The notes under the pieces were generated by a model. The model was not told the DNA's origin. It did no database searches and saw nothing but the letters and a program-made list of their open reading frames with translations. A stretch of 32,000 nt of DNA from contig NC_014033.1 in the NCBI RefSeq assembly GCF_000025925.1, positions 120,001 to 152,000 of the forward strand, given 5' to 3'. Every line of letters starts with the position of its first letter. The stretch's first letter is position 1. A program made the translations under genes and the position numbers. Positions 23,333 through 32,000 of the stretch are shown one piece after another. The DNA comes from Xylanibacter ruminicola 23 (GTDB taxonomy: Bacteria > Bacteroidota > Bacteroidia > Bacteroidales > Bacteroidaceae).

Positions 23333-26236
23333 ATGAAAACTAAATTTTTACTGACTATCGCAGCCATGGCACTTGGAATGAGTGTCCAGGCTAAGGATTT
23401 CAAGTACGTCACCGTTCCCGGCGACAAGATGCAAACCCGTATGTACACATTGGATAACGGCCTGAAGGTGTTCCTGAGTGTGAACACAGAGAAACCACGT
23501 ATCCAGACTTATATAGCCGTACGTACAGGCTCAAAGAACGACCCTGCCGAAACCACAGGATTGGCTCACTATCTGGAGCACCTGATGTTTAAGGGCACCA
23601 AGCAGTTTGGTACAAGTAACCCAGAGGCTGAGGCCCCATTGCTGGCTGAGATTGAGCAGCGCTACGAGGCTTATCGTAAGCTTACCGATCCTGAGGCTCG
23701 TAAAAAGGCATATCACGAGATCGACTCAGTGAGTCAGGTTGCTGCCAAGTACTTTATTCCTAACGAGTACGACAAGCTGATGGCTGCTATTGGTGCTGAG
23801 GGTACCAACGCCTACACTTCGAACGATGTAACTTGCTATACCGAGAATATCCCATCGAACGAGATTGATAACTGGGCAAAGATCCAGGCCGATCGTTTCC
23901 AGAATATGGTGATTCGTGGTTTCCACACTGAGCTGGAGGCTGTGTACGAGGAGTATAACATCGGACTGACCAGCGACAGTCGTAAGCTGTTCGCTACCCT
24001 GAGCAAGTTGTTGTGGCCTAACCATCCTTATGGCACACAGACCACCATCGGTACCCAGGAGCACCTGAAGAACCCATCAATCACCAATATCAAGAACTAC
24101 TTCAACAAGTGGTATCGCCCCAATAACGTGGCAATCTGTATGGCTGGTGATTTTGATCCTGATAAGACCATCGCTATCATTGATAAGTACTTCAGCAGTT
24201 GGAAGCCAGGTGCTGATGTAAAGCAGCCAACCTTTGCACCACTGCCAGCTCTTACACAGCCCAAGGATACTACCATCGTAGGTCCAGAGGCCGAGCGTGT
24301 ATGGATGGCTTGGCGTGCCAAGCAGGCCAATGCCCTGCAGGCTGATACCTTGCAGCTGATGGAGGATGTACTGAGCAACGGTCGTGCCGGACTGTTCGAC
24401 CTGGATTTGAACCAGACCATGAAGGTGCAGAGCGCCAATGGTGGTTGCGAACTGTTGAGAGACCATAGCGCTTTCTTCCTGATGGGTACCCCAAAGCAGG
24501 GTCAGAGCCTGGAAGAGGTTCGTAGCTTGATGCTGGCCGAGATTGACAAACTGAAGAAGGGCGACTTCCCCGAGAACCTGTTGCCCAGCATTATTAATAA
24601 CAAGAAGCGTAGCTACTATCAGCGTCTGGAGAGCAACGAGGGTAGAGCAGATATGTTCGTGGATGCCTTTATCAACGAGGTTGACTGGAAACAGGAGGTT
24701 GAGAGTATCGACCGTATTTCGAAGATTACCAAGCAGGAGCTGGTTGACTTTGCCAACAAGTTCTTTACCGATGGATATGTAACCGTATTCAAGAAACAGG
24801 GTGTTGACAGCCTGCAGAAGAAGATTGATAAGCCTGCCATCACCGCCATCCCTACCAACCGCGACATGATGAGTCAGTTTGTGAAGGATGTACAGAATGC
24901 TGAGGTAGAGCCCATCCAGCCACGATTTGTTGACTTTAAGAAGGATCTGACCATCGCTAAGCTGGGTAAGAGTCTGCCTTTCTACTACGTGAAGAATAAC
25001 GATAACGGTTTGTTCAACCTGGTATTCTTCTACGAGTTTGGTCAGAGTGCTGATAAGCGCTACGATGTAGTGGCTGATTATATTAAGCTGCTTGGTACCG
25101 ACAAGCAGAGTGCCGCTGAGCTGAAGCAGAAGTTCTACGAGCTGGCTTGCGACTGGTCGATGAATGTAGGTACTGAGAATATCACCGTTAACCTGTCGGG
25201 TTTGAACGAGAATATGCCTGCAGCACTGGCTCTGCTCGAGGACCTGTTTAAGAATGCCAAGGTAGATAAGGCCGCTTACGATCAGATGGTGAATCTGACT
25301 TTGAAGCGTCGTAACGATACCAAGAAGAGTCAGGGTGCCTATTTCTCACACCTGTATAGCTATGCTACCGTTGGCGAGCGTAATGCTTATCGCGACCTGG
25401 TAAGCGAGCAGGAGTTGAAAGATACCAATCCACAGGTATTTGTTGATCTGCTGAAGGGCTTGAGCAATTACACCCATAAGGTGGTTTACTTTGGTCCGAT
25501 GAGCGAGAAGGAGGCTGTTGCTGCTATTGCTAAGGCTCACCGCACAGCCAAGAAGTTGGCTGCTATCCCAGAGAACAAGCCATACCTGAATGCACCTGCT
25601 ACCCAGAACGAGGTTCTGATTGCACCTTACGATGCCAAGAACATCTACATGCGTATGTACCACAATGAGGGTCGTAGCTGGAATCCTGATGAGGCTGCTG
25701 TACAGGAGGTATTCAACGAGTACTATGGTGGCGGTATGAACGGTATCGTATTCCAGGAGATGCGCGAGGCTCGCGGTCTGGCTTACAATGCCTACGCTTA
25801 CTATGCTCAGCCCAGCTGGAAGGATCGTAAGGAGTTCTTTATGACTCATATCATCACCCAGAATGATAAGATGAGCGATTGTATTGCACACTTTAACGAG
25901 ATTCTGAACAATATGCCTGCTAGCGAGGCAGCCTTTAAGATTGCCAAGGATGCTGTTACCAAGCAGATGGCCAGCAACCGCACTACCAAGATTGGTATCT
26001 TTAATGCCTATCTGAGTGCTCTGCGCCTGGGTCTCGACTGCAGTCTGGATGAGATTATCTACAAGAACCTGGATAAGGTAACCCTGCAGGATATCGTGAA
26101 CTTTGAGAAGCAGCAGATGGCCAACAAGCCATGTCGCTATATCATCTTAGGCGATGAAAAGGAACTCGACATGAAGACACTCGAGAAGATCGGTCCTGTG
26201 AAGAGACTGACTACCGAAGAAGTTTTTGGATATTAA
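23333..26236 (+). CDS. M16-family (insulinase/pitrilysin-like) zinc peptidase, secreted, double-length
   Basis: Inverted zinc motif HYLEHLMFKGT (HxxEH). Signal peptide MKTKFLLTIAAMALGMSVQA. I chose the start at 23333 because the listed 23264 start contains the promoter box. Confidence 0.85.
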   Translation: MKTKFLLTIAAMALGMSVQAKDFKYVTVPGDKMQTRMYTLDNGLKVFLSVNTEKPRIQTYIAVRTGSKNDPAETTGLAHYLEHLMFKGTKQFGTSNPEAEAPLLAEIEQRYEAYRKLTDPEARKKAYHEIDSVSQVAAKYFIPNEYDKLMAAIGAEGTNAYTSNDVTCYTENIPSNEIDNWAKIQADRFQNMVIRGFHTELEAVYEEYNIGLTSDSRKLFATLSKLLWPNHPYGTQTTIGTQEHLKNPSITNIKNYFNKWYRPNNVAICMAGDFDPDKTIAIIDKYFSSWKPGADVKQPTFAPLPALTQPKDTTIVGPEAERVWMAWRAKQANALQADTLQLMEDVLSNGRAGLFDLDLNQTMKVQSANGGCELLRDHSAFFLMGTPKQGQSLEEVRSLMLAEIDKLKKGDFPENLLPSIINNKKRSYYQRLESNEGRADMFVDAFINEVDWKQEVESIDRISKITKQELVDFANKFFTDGYVTVFKKQGVDSLQKKIDKPAITAIPTNRDMMSQFVKDVQNAEVEPIQPRFVDFKKDLTIAKLGKSLPFYYVKNNDNGLFNLVFFYEFGQSADKRYDVVADYIKLLGTDKQSAAELKQKFYELACDWSMNVGTENITVNLSGLNENMPAALALLEDLFKNAKVDKAAYDQMVNLTLKRRNDTKKSQGAYFSHLYSYATVGERNAYRDLVSEQELKDTNPQVFVDLLKGLSNYTHKVVYFGPMSEKEAVAAIAKAHRTAKKLAAIPENKPYLNAPATQNEVLIAPYDAKNIYMRMYHNEGRSWNPDEAAVQEVFNEYYGGGMNGIVFQEMREARGLAYNAYAYYAQPSWKDRKEFFMTHIITQNDKMSDCIAHFNEILNNMPASEAAFKIAKDAVTKQMASNRTTKIGIFNAYLSALRLGLDCSLDEIIYKNLDKVTLQDIVNFEKQQMANKPCRYIILGDEKELDMKTLEKIGPVKRLTTEEVFGY

Positions 26237-26258
26237 ACATGAAAGATTAAACATTAAA
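26232..26258 (+). repeat. 27-nt AT-rich leader element ATTAAACATGAAAGATTAAACATTAAA
   Basis: It matches the minus-strand sequence at 31983-31957 (upstream of clpB) at 26 of 27 positions. A related (ATTAAAC)n stretch lies at 21255-21270 upstream of GH97. Confidence 0.75.
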
Positions 26259-26280
26259 CGTTGATTAAACAAATACGATT

Positions 26281-27930
26281 ATGGCTAAGACAGTTGAATT
26301 TAAGTATGCGCCCATGTTCCAGGTGGGCGAGGACAAGACGGAATATCGTCTGTTGTCGAAAGAAGGCGTATCTACCGCCGAGTTTGAAGGAAAGCAGATC
26401 GTGAAGGTTAGCAAAGAAGCCCTCACTCTCTTGGCCCAGCAGGCATTCCACGATGTGGAGTTTATGCTGCGTCGCGAACATAACGAACAGGTGGCTAAGA
26501 TCCTGACCGATCCCGAGGCCTCTGAGAATGATAAGTATGTAGCCCTGCAGTTCCTGCGCAATGCTGAGGTGGCTTGCAAGGGTATCCTGCCTTTCTGTCA
26601 GGATACAGGTACTGCCATCATCCATGGTGAGAAGGGACAGCAGATATGGACTGGTTTCGAGGATGAAGAGGCTCTGAGCCTTGGTGTGTTCAATACCTTT
26701 ACTCAGGACAACCTGCGCTACTCGCAGAATGCTCCTCTGAACATGTACGACGAGGTGAACACTCGTTGCAACCTGCCTGCACAGATTGATATCGAGGCTA
26801 CCGAGGGTGCTGAGTATAAGTTTGTGATGGTTGCTAAGGGTGGTGGCTCTGCCAACAAGACCTACTTCTATCCCATGACCAAGGCTACTATCCAGAACGA
26901 GGGTACACTTATCCCATTCCTGGTTGAGAAGATGAAGAGTCTGGGTACAGCTGCATGTCCTCCATACCACATTGCATTCGTAATCGGTGGTACATCAGCC
27001 GAGAAGAACCTGTTGACAGTGAAGCTGGCTTCTATCAAGTTCTACGATGGTCTGCCCACAACAGGTGATGAGACTGGTCGTGCTTTCCGTGATATCGACC
27101 TGGAGCAGAAGCTGATTAAGGAGGCTCAGAAGATTGGCCTGGGTGCCCAGTTTGGTGGTAAGTACCTGGCTCACGATATCCGCGTAATCCGTCTGCCTCG
27201 TCATGGTGCCAGCTGTCCTATCGGTATGGGTGTATCTTGTTCGGCTGACCGCAATATCAAGGCTAAGATTAATGCCGATGGTATCTGGTTGGAGAAGATG
27301 GACTCTAACCCAACAGAGCTGATTCCTGAGGAGCTGCGCAAGCCAGGTGAGGGCGGCAAGGGTATCGAGATCGACCTGAACGAGGGTATCGATGCTGTAC
27401 GTGCTGAGCTCTCAAAGTATCCTGTAAGCACCCGTGTAAACCTGAAGGGTACCATCATTGTGGCTCGTGATATCGCTCATGCTAAGCTGAAGGCTCGTCT
27501 GGATGCTGGTGAGGGAATGCCTGAGTACTTTAAGAAGTATCCTGTACTGTATGCAGGTCCTGCTAAGACTCCAGAGGGCTATCCTTGTGGTTCGATGGGC
27601 CCAACCACCGCTAACCGTATGGATCCATACGTTGATGAGTTCCAGGCTAATGGTGCATCGCTCGTGATGATTGCTAAGGGTAACCGTTCTGATGTTGTTA
27701 CCGAGGCTTGTAAGAAGCATGGTGGTTTCTACCTCGGAACCATCGGTGGTGTAGCCGCAGTTCTCTCTAAGAGCTCTATCAAGAGCATTGAGTGCGTAGA
27801 GTACCCAGAGCTGGGTATGGAGGCTGTATGGAAGATTGAGGTTGAGGACTTCCCCGCATTCATCCTGGTTGACGATAAGGGTAATGACTTCTTCAAGACC
27901 CTGAAGCCATGGACACCTTGCGCAAAATAA
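26281..27930 (+). CDS. Class I (Fe-S) fumarate hydratase
   Basis: [20 protein letters not shown], the [16 protein letters not shown]-terminal domain and the C-terminal beta-domain [13 protein letters not shown] all match FumA/FumB-type enzymes. Confidence 0.9.
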   Translation: MAKTVEFKYAPMFQVGEDKTEYRLLSKEGVSTAEFEGKQIVKVSKEALTLLAQQAFHDVEFMLRREHNEQVAKILTDPEASENDKYVALQFLRNAEVACKGILPFCQDTGTAIIHGEKGQQIWTGFEDEEALSLGVFNTFTQDNLRYSQNAPLNMYDEVNTRCNLPAQIDIEATEGAEYKFVMVAKGGGSANKTYFYPMTKATIQNEGTLIPFLVEKMKSLGTAACPPYHIAFVIGGTSAEKNLLTVKLASIKFYDGLPTTGDETGRAFRDIDLEQKLIKEAQKIGLGAQFGGKYLAHDIRVIRLPRHGASCPIGMGVSCSADRNIKAKINADGIWLEKMDSNPTELIPEELRKPGEGGKGIEIDLNEGIDAVRAELSKYPVSTRVNLKGTIIVARDIAHAKLKARLDAGEGMPEYFKKYPVLYAGPAKTPEGYPCGSMGPTTANRMDPYVDEFQANGASLVMIAKGNRSDVVTEACKKHGGFYLGTIGGVAAVLSKSSIKSIECVEYPELGMEAVWKIEVEDFPAFILVDDKGNDFFKTLKPWTPCAK

Positions 27931-29411
27931 TACTGTTTGCATTTGTGTTGCTGGTGGCGGTTGCCACCAGCGCACAAGAGCGAAAGCCTTGTGTACTAAA
28001 TATCCCCACTGATAAAGCTAAGACCCGCGGGGTGCTTAGTTTTCCCGTTCAAGATTGGGATCCGCAGAAAGTGTATCGTCAGGCTGTGGTACTGATAACC
28101 TTTGCCGATTGCGATTTTTCGATGGAGGATCCTGCCGCCTATTACCAGCGTTTGTTTAATGAGAATGGCTATAACGAGGGTTATGGTTTAGGCTCAGTGG
28201 CTGATTATTTTCGCGATCAGTCAGGTGGACTTTTTAACTTGCAGTTTGACATCTATGGCCCTATTAAGGTCGGCATCAGTGCAAAAGGTTCTTATAATAA
28301 CTATGGCTTTAATGCTATGGAAGAGGCTTTGGCGGCATTGGATACCTTGACCACTCAAGACTTCTCTGTTTACGATTGGAATGGAGATGGTGTGGTTGAA
28401 CAGATGCTGTTTGTGGCAGCTGGTATTTGCGGAAACCAGGCTTCGGGTTACATTTGGCCTAACACAGATTATACTACTTTTAATGCCCCAGGAAAAAAGG
28501 AAATGGTGAATACCTGTATAACTTGTGAACTGTGGAGAGACAGGACACTATGTGGTATTGGTACCATTTGCCACGAGTTTGCCCATTGCTTAGGGTTGCC
28601 TGATATCTACCCTACGAGTAGTTCAAGCTATTTCTCGGTGGTGGATGAGTGGGACCTGATGGATGGGGGAAACTACACCAACAAGGGTTGGTGCCCACCC
28701 AACTTATCGATCTTGGAGAAAATGCTCTTGGGGTGGGGTACACCTACCGAACTGACAGAACCCACTACTATCACAGAAATGAAGCCTGTAAGTGAGGGAG
28801 GGGCAACCTATTTAATTCGTAACTCTGGCTGCACAAACGAGTACTATCTGCTGGAGAATCGAAGACAAACTAAGTGGGATTATGGTATTCCTGGCAATGG
28901 CTTAGCAATTTTTCATGTAGATTACGATCAGGAAAGGTGGCATTTAAATGAAGTAAATATCGCTGATACCCTTTTCCGTTACGATTTGTTCCATGCGGAT
29001 GGTAAGGATTACCTGACTTGGGATCCCAAGAATAATGGCAAGGATTTGGGAAAATATACGATGGACGACTGGTTGCGTAACAGGTACCTGAGTACCTCGA
29101 CTTATCCTTATACCAATCCCGAAACGCAGTTGATAAACGATGTGCTGAATGATAGCAGTACACCTGCATCTACCGTGCATAATAAGAATGTTGAAGGTGC
29201 CCTGCTGATGTCGAAGGCTATTACCAATATCCGTATTGCTGATGATGGTACGGTATCATTCGACTTTATGAAGGGCACATCGGGTATCCAGCCGATTATC
29301 GAGGTAACGGATACTGATAATCGTTGGTACGACCTGCAAGGGCGCCAGCTACAAGGCGAACCACGCCATAAAGGAGTTTATATACATAATAGAAAAAAGG
29401 TTGCCCGATAA
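27909..29411 (+). CDS. M6-like (immune inhibitor A-type) zinc metalloprotease with a T9SS C-terminal sorting domain
   Basis: [13 protein letters not shown] (HExxH). Signal peptide [23 protein letters not shown]. The C-terminal ...[26 protein letters not shown] is typical of Por/T9SS CTDs. It overlaps the upstream gene by 22 nt. Confidence 0.75.
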   Translation: MDTLRKIILFAFVLLVAVATSAQERKPCVLNIPTDKAKTRGVLSFPVQDWDPQKVYRQAVVLITFADCDFSMEDPAAYYQRLFNENGYNEGYGLGSVADYFRDQSGGLFNLQFDIYGPIKVGISAKGSYNNYGFNAMEEALAALDTLTTQDFSVYDWNGDGVVEQMLFVAAGICGNQASGYIWPNTDYTTFNAPGKKEMVNTCITCELWRDRTLCGIGTICHEFAHCLGLPDIYPTSSSSYFSVVDEWDLMDGGNYTNKGWCPPNLSILEKMLLGWGTPTELTEPTTITEMKPVSEGGATYLIRNSGCTNEYYLLENRRQTKWDYGIPGNGLAIFHVDYDQERWHLNEVNIADTLFRYDLFHADGKDYLTWDPKNNGKDLGKYTMDDWLRNRYLSTSTYPYTNPETQLINDVLNDSSTPASTVHNKNVEGALLMSKAITNIRIADDGTVSFDFMKGTSGIQPIIEVTDTDNRWYDLQGRQLQGEPRHKGVYIHNRKKVAR

Positions 29412-29430
29412 CTCGAGCAACCCTTTTTTT
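29399..29430. terminator. Terminator hairpin between the convergent protease and clpB genes
   Basis: GGTTGC-(12 nt)-GCAACC followed by CTTTTTTT. Confidence 0.6.
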
Positions 29431-31939
29431 AGTTTCTAAAAATCAGTCCTTCGCCGTATTCATCGATGATGATAGGTTTGGTGCGATCCACCTCATCCGA
29501 CAGGATCTTCTTCGACAGGTCGTTGAGCACGAACTGCTGGATGGCACGCTTTACAGGACGAGCACCATAGTCGGGATCGTAACCCTGCTCGGCCAGATAG
29601 TCGATGGCCTGTGGTGTACACTCTAAGGTGATGCCCTGAGGTGCCAGCATATCGGTAACCTTCTTCATCTGCAACTTCACTACGTCGGCAATCTGTTCCT
29701 TGGTAAGAGGTGTAAAGGTGATAATCTCATCAATACGGTTCAGGAACTCTGGGCGCATAGTGGCTCTGAGTTGCTCACGGGTGGCGTTCGAGGTCATGAT
29801 AATGATGGTGTTCTTGAAGTTGGCGGTACGTCCCTTGTTGTCCGTCAAACGTCCATCGTCCAGCACCTGCAACAGAATGTTGAACACATCCGGATGGGCC
29901 TTCTCAATCTCATCGAACAGCACTACCGAGTAAGGCTTGCGGCGCACGGCCTCGGTCAGTTGTCCACCCTCGTCGTAGCCTACGTATCCTGGAGGCGCAC
30001 CAATCAGTCGGCTCACGCTGTATTTCTCCTGATACTCGCTCATGTCGATACGCGTCATCATGGTCTCGTCGTTAAACAGATAGTCGGCCAGGGTTTTGGC
30101 AAGCTCTGTTTTACCTACACCTGTGGTACCAAGGAAGATGAAGCTGGCGATAGGACGCTTGGGATCCTGCAAGCCAGCACGACTACGGCGCACAGCATCA
30201 GATACGGCAATGATGGCTTCGTCCTGACCAATCACACGCTTGTGCAACTCATTCTCTAAGTGCAACAGCTTTTCGCGCTCGCTCTGCATCATCTTGGTTA
30301 CGGGGATACCTGTCCAGCGGCTTACTACCTCGGCGATGTCATCGGCGGTAACCTCTTCGCGAACCAGAGAGTTATCGCCTTGGGCATTGGCCAGCTGACT
30401 CTGGATATGTGCAATGTCGTCCTCAAGTGCTTTCAGTTTCGAGTAGCGTATCTCGGCTACCTTGCCGTAGTCGCCCTCGCGCTCGGCACGTTCTGCCTCC
30501 AGCTTCAGGTTCTCAATATCCTGCTTGTCCTGTTGGATTTTGTTGATGAGTTGGCGCTCGCCTTCCCACTTGGCACGGAACTGGGTTTCCTGTTCCTTCA
30601 GTTCGGCGATGTCCTTATCCAACTGTGCTATCTTCTGGGTGTCGCCCTCTCTTTTGATAGCCTCACGCTCGATTTCGAGCTGAGCCAGTCGGCGGGTAAT
30701 CTCATCCAACTCCTCAGGTACCGAGTCGCGCTCCATGCGCAGTTTTGCTGCGGCCTCGTCCATCAGGTCGATGGCCTTGTCGGGGAGGAATCTTTCAGAG
30801 ATATAGCGCTCTGAGAGTTGCACGGCAGCGATACAGGCATCGTCCTGGATACGTACCTTGTGGTGGTTCTCGTAACGTTCCTTCAAGCCTCGCAGAATGC
30901 TGATAGCACTCAGTTCATCGGGCTCATCTACCATCACGGTCTGGAATCGGCGCTCCAGGGCCTTATCCTTCTCAAAGTATTTCTGATACTCGTTCAGCGT
31001 GGTGGCACCTATGGCACGCAGTTCACCACGTGCCAGGGCAGGTTTCAGAATGTTGGCTGCATCCATGGCGCCCTCGCCACCACCTGCACCTACCAAGGTG
31101 TGGATCTCGTCGATAAACAGGATGATGCGGCCCTCGGCCTTGGTCACCTCGTTGATCACACTCTTCAGGCGCTCCTCAAACTCACCTTTGTACTTGGCAC
31201 CTGCTACCAGTGCACCCATATCCAGCGAGTAGAGTTGCTTGTCCTTCAGGTTCTCGGGCACATCGCCACGCACAATACGACCAGCCAGTCCCTCAACGAT
31301 GGCTGTTTTACCTGTACCAGGTTCACCTATTAATATAGGGTTGTTCTTGGTGCGGCGACTCAGAATCTGCAGTACACGACGAATCTCATCGTCGCGACCA
31401 ATCACTGGGTCCAGCTTGCCTTGGCGGGCCAAATCCACCAGGTTCTTGGCATATTTCTCCAAGCTCTGGTAGTTATCATCGGCACTCTGCGATTGCACCT
31501 TCTGTCCCTGGCGCAGCTCCTGGATAGCCGCCTGCATATCCTTCTCGGTACAGCCGGCATCCTTCATGATGCGCGAGGCAGTAGAATTAACTTTCAGCAG
31601 GGCGAGTAGGATAGGTTCTACCGATACAAACTCGTCGCCACCTTTCTGGGCTACCTCTTGCGCGCGCACGAGTACATTATTACTATCACTGGAGAGATAA
31701 GGCTGACCAGCACCCTGTACTTTGGGCAGATGCTGTATCTCCTGATCTACCAGTAACTCTATCTGCTGGGCATTTACACCCAACTTCTGGAAGATGAAGG
31801 TGGTTACATCCTTCGCCTTCTCTATCACACCTTTCAGTATGTGTACAGGTTCTATCACCTGCTGACCATTCATCTGGGCCGCGTTCACCGCCTGCTGAAT
31901 GGCCTCTTGTGCTTTAATTGTAAACTTGTCGAATGTCAT
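29429..31939 (-). CDS. clpB: ATP-dependent chaperone/disaggregase ClpB
   Basis: Two AAA modules ([16 protein letters not shown]), the coiled-coil middle domain and the N-terminus [15 protein letters not shown]. Confidence 0.95.
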   Translation of the reverse strand: MTFDKFTIKAQEAIQQAVNAAQMNGQQVIEPVHILKGVIEKAKDVTTFIFQKLGVNAQQIELLVDQEIQHLPKVQGAGQPYLSSDSNNVLVRAQEVAQKGGDEFVSVEPILLALLKVNSTASRIMKDAGCTEKDMQAAIQELRQGQKVQSQSADDNYQSLEKYAKNLVDLARQGKLDPVIGRDDEIRRVLQILSRRTKNNPILIGEPGTGKTAIVEGLAGRIVRGDVPENLKDKQLYSLDMGALVAGAKYKGEFEERLKSVINEVTKAEGRIILFIDEIHTLVGAGGGEGAMDAANILKPALARGELRAIGATTLNEYQKYFEKDKALERRFQTVMVDEPDELSAISILRGLKERYENHHKVRIQDDACIAAVQLSERYISERFLPDKAIDLMDEAAAKLRMERDSVPEELDEITRRLAQLEIEREAIKREGDTQKIAQLDKDIAELKEQETQFRAKWEGERQLINKIQQDKQDIENLKLEAERAEREGDYGKVAEIRYSKLKALEDDIAHIQSQLANAQGDNSLVREEVTADDIAEVVSRWTGIPVTKMMQSEREKLLHLENELHKRVIGQDEAIIAVSDAVRRSRAGLQDPKRPIASFIFLGTTGVGKTELAKTLADYLFNDETMMTRIDMSEYQEKYSVSRLIGAPPGYVGYDEGGQLTEAVRRKPYSVVLFDEIEKAHPDVFNILLQVLDDGRLTDNKGRTANFKNTIIIMTSNATREQLRATMRPEFLNRIDEIITFTPLTKEQIADVVKLQMKKVTDMLAPQGITLECTPQAIDYLAEQGYDPDYGARPVKRAIQQFVLNDLSKKILSDEVDRTKPIIIDEYGEGLIFRN

Positions 31940-31956
31940 AATATGCTCCTTTCTGT

Positions 31957-31983
31957 TTTAATGTTTAATCTTTAATGTTTAAT
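31957..31983 (-). repeat. Second copy of the 27-nt AT-rich leader element, 18 nt upstream of the clpB ATG
   Basis: The minus strand reads ATTAAACATTAAAGATTAAACATTAAA. See 26232-26258. Confidence 0.75.
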
Positions 31984-32000
31984 GTTCAAAGCTTATGCCT

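Noticed and set aside
26254-27977. Minus-strand ORFs of 238, 187 and ~100 aa
   Set aside because: They are antisense to the class I fumarate hydratase and to the start of the M6-like protease, so they are shadow ORFs.
29700-31609. Chain of plus-strand ORFs (77-184 aa)
   Set aside because: All are antisense to clpB, which is unambiguous. They are Leu/Val/Gln-rich shadow ORFs with no independent start context.
1-32000. Search for CRISPR arrays, tRNA/rRNA genes, IS elements and invertible promoter switches
   Set aside because: I saw no regularly spaced 25-40-bp repeats, cloverleaf-like tRNA sequences, rRNA-like stretches or transposase-like ORFs. I also saw no long inverted repeats flanking a promoter. 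The only tandem arrays are the short ones reported above.

Overview
This looks like a Bacteroidales chromosome segment, probably Prevotella/Segatella- or Bacteroides-like. That is an inference from TAnnTTTG promoter boxes, weak Shine-Dalgarno usage, a T9SS C-terminal sorting domain, GH97 and the gene order. (1) Nt 1-9814 is the 3' part of a tightly packed plus-strand surface-polysaccharide (O-antigen/capsule) operon. It has a visibly AT-rich serotype-specific half (acetyltransferase, WbsX-like enzyme, two GT-B glycosyltransferases, EpsG/Wzy-like polymerase). This is followed by the conserved UDP-L-FucNAc block fnlA-fnlB-fnlC-wbuB-wbuC, where wbuC carries a 1-nt frameshift. (2) Nt ~9990-14720 is an integrase-less cassette. 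It contains a frameshifted divergent small gene, a RecA-fold AAA ATPase, a zf-CHC2/Toprim primase, a DUF4248-like HTH protein, a 22-bp iteron-like repeat array, an HU-like DNA-binding protein, a 36-aa membrane micro-protein and a T7-lysozyme-type amidase. It separates the polysaccharide operon from two tandem WecA/MraY-type initiating phosphoglycosyl transferases (14811-17080). This cassette is my best candidate for an uncharacterised system. (3) Nt 17.1-32 kb is housekeeping: hflX plus a large beta-helix protein, nagB, GH97, M16 peptidase, class I fumarate hydratase, an M6-like T9SS-secreted metalloprotease and clpB. A nearly identical 27-nt AT-rich leader element recurs upstream of several of these genes. 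I found no rRNA, tRNA, CRISPR array, transposase or integrase. All calls come from reading the sequence and remembered family signatures; no database search was run.
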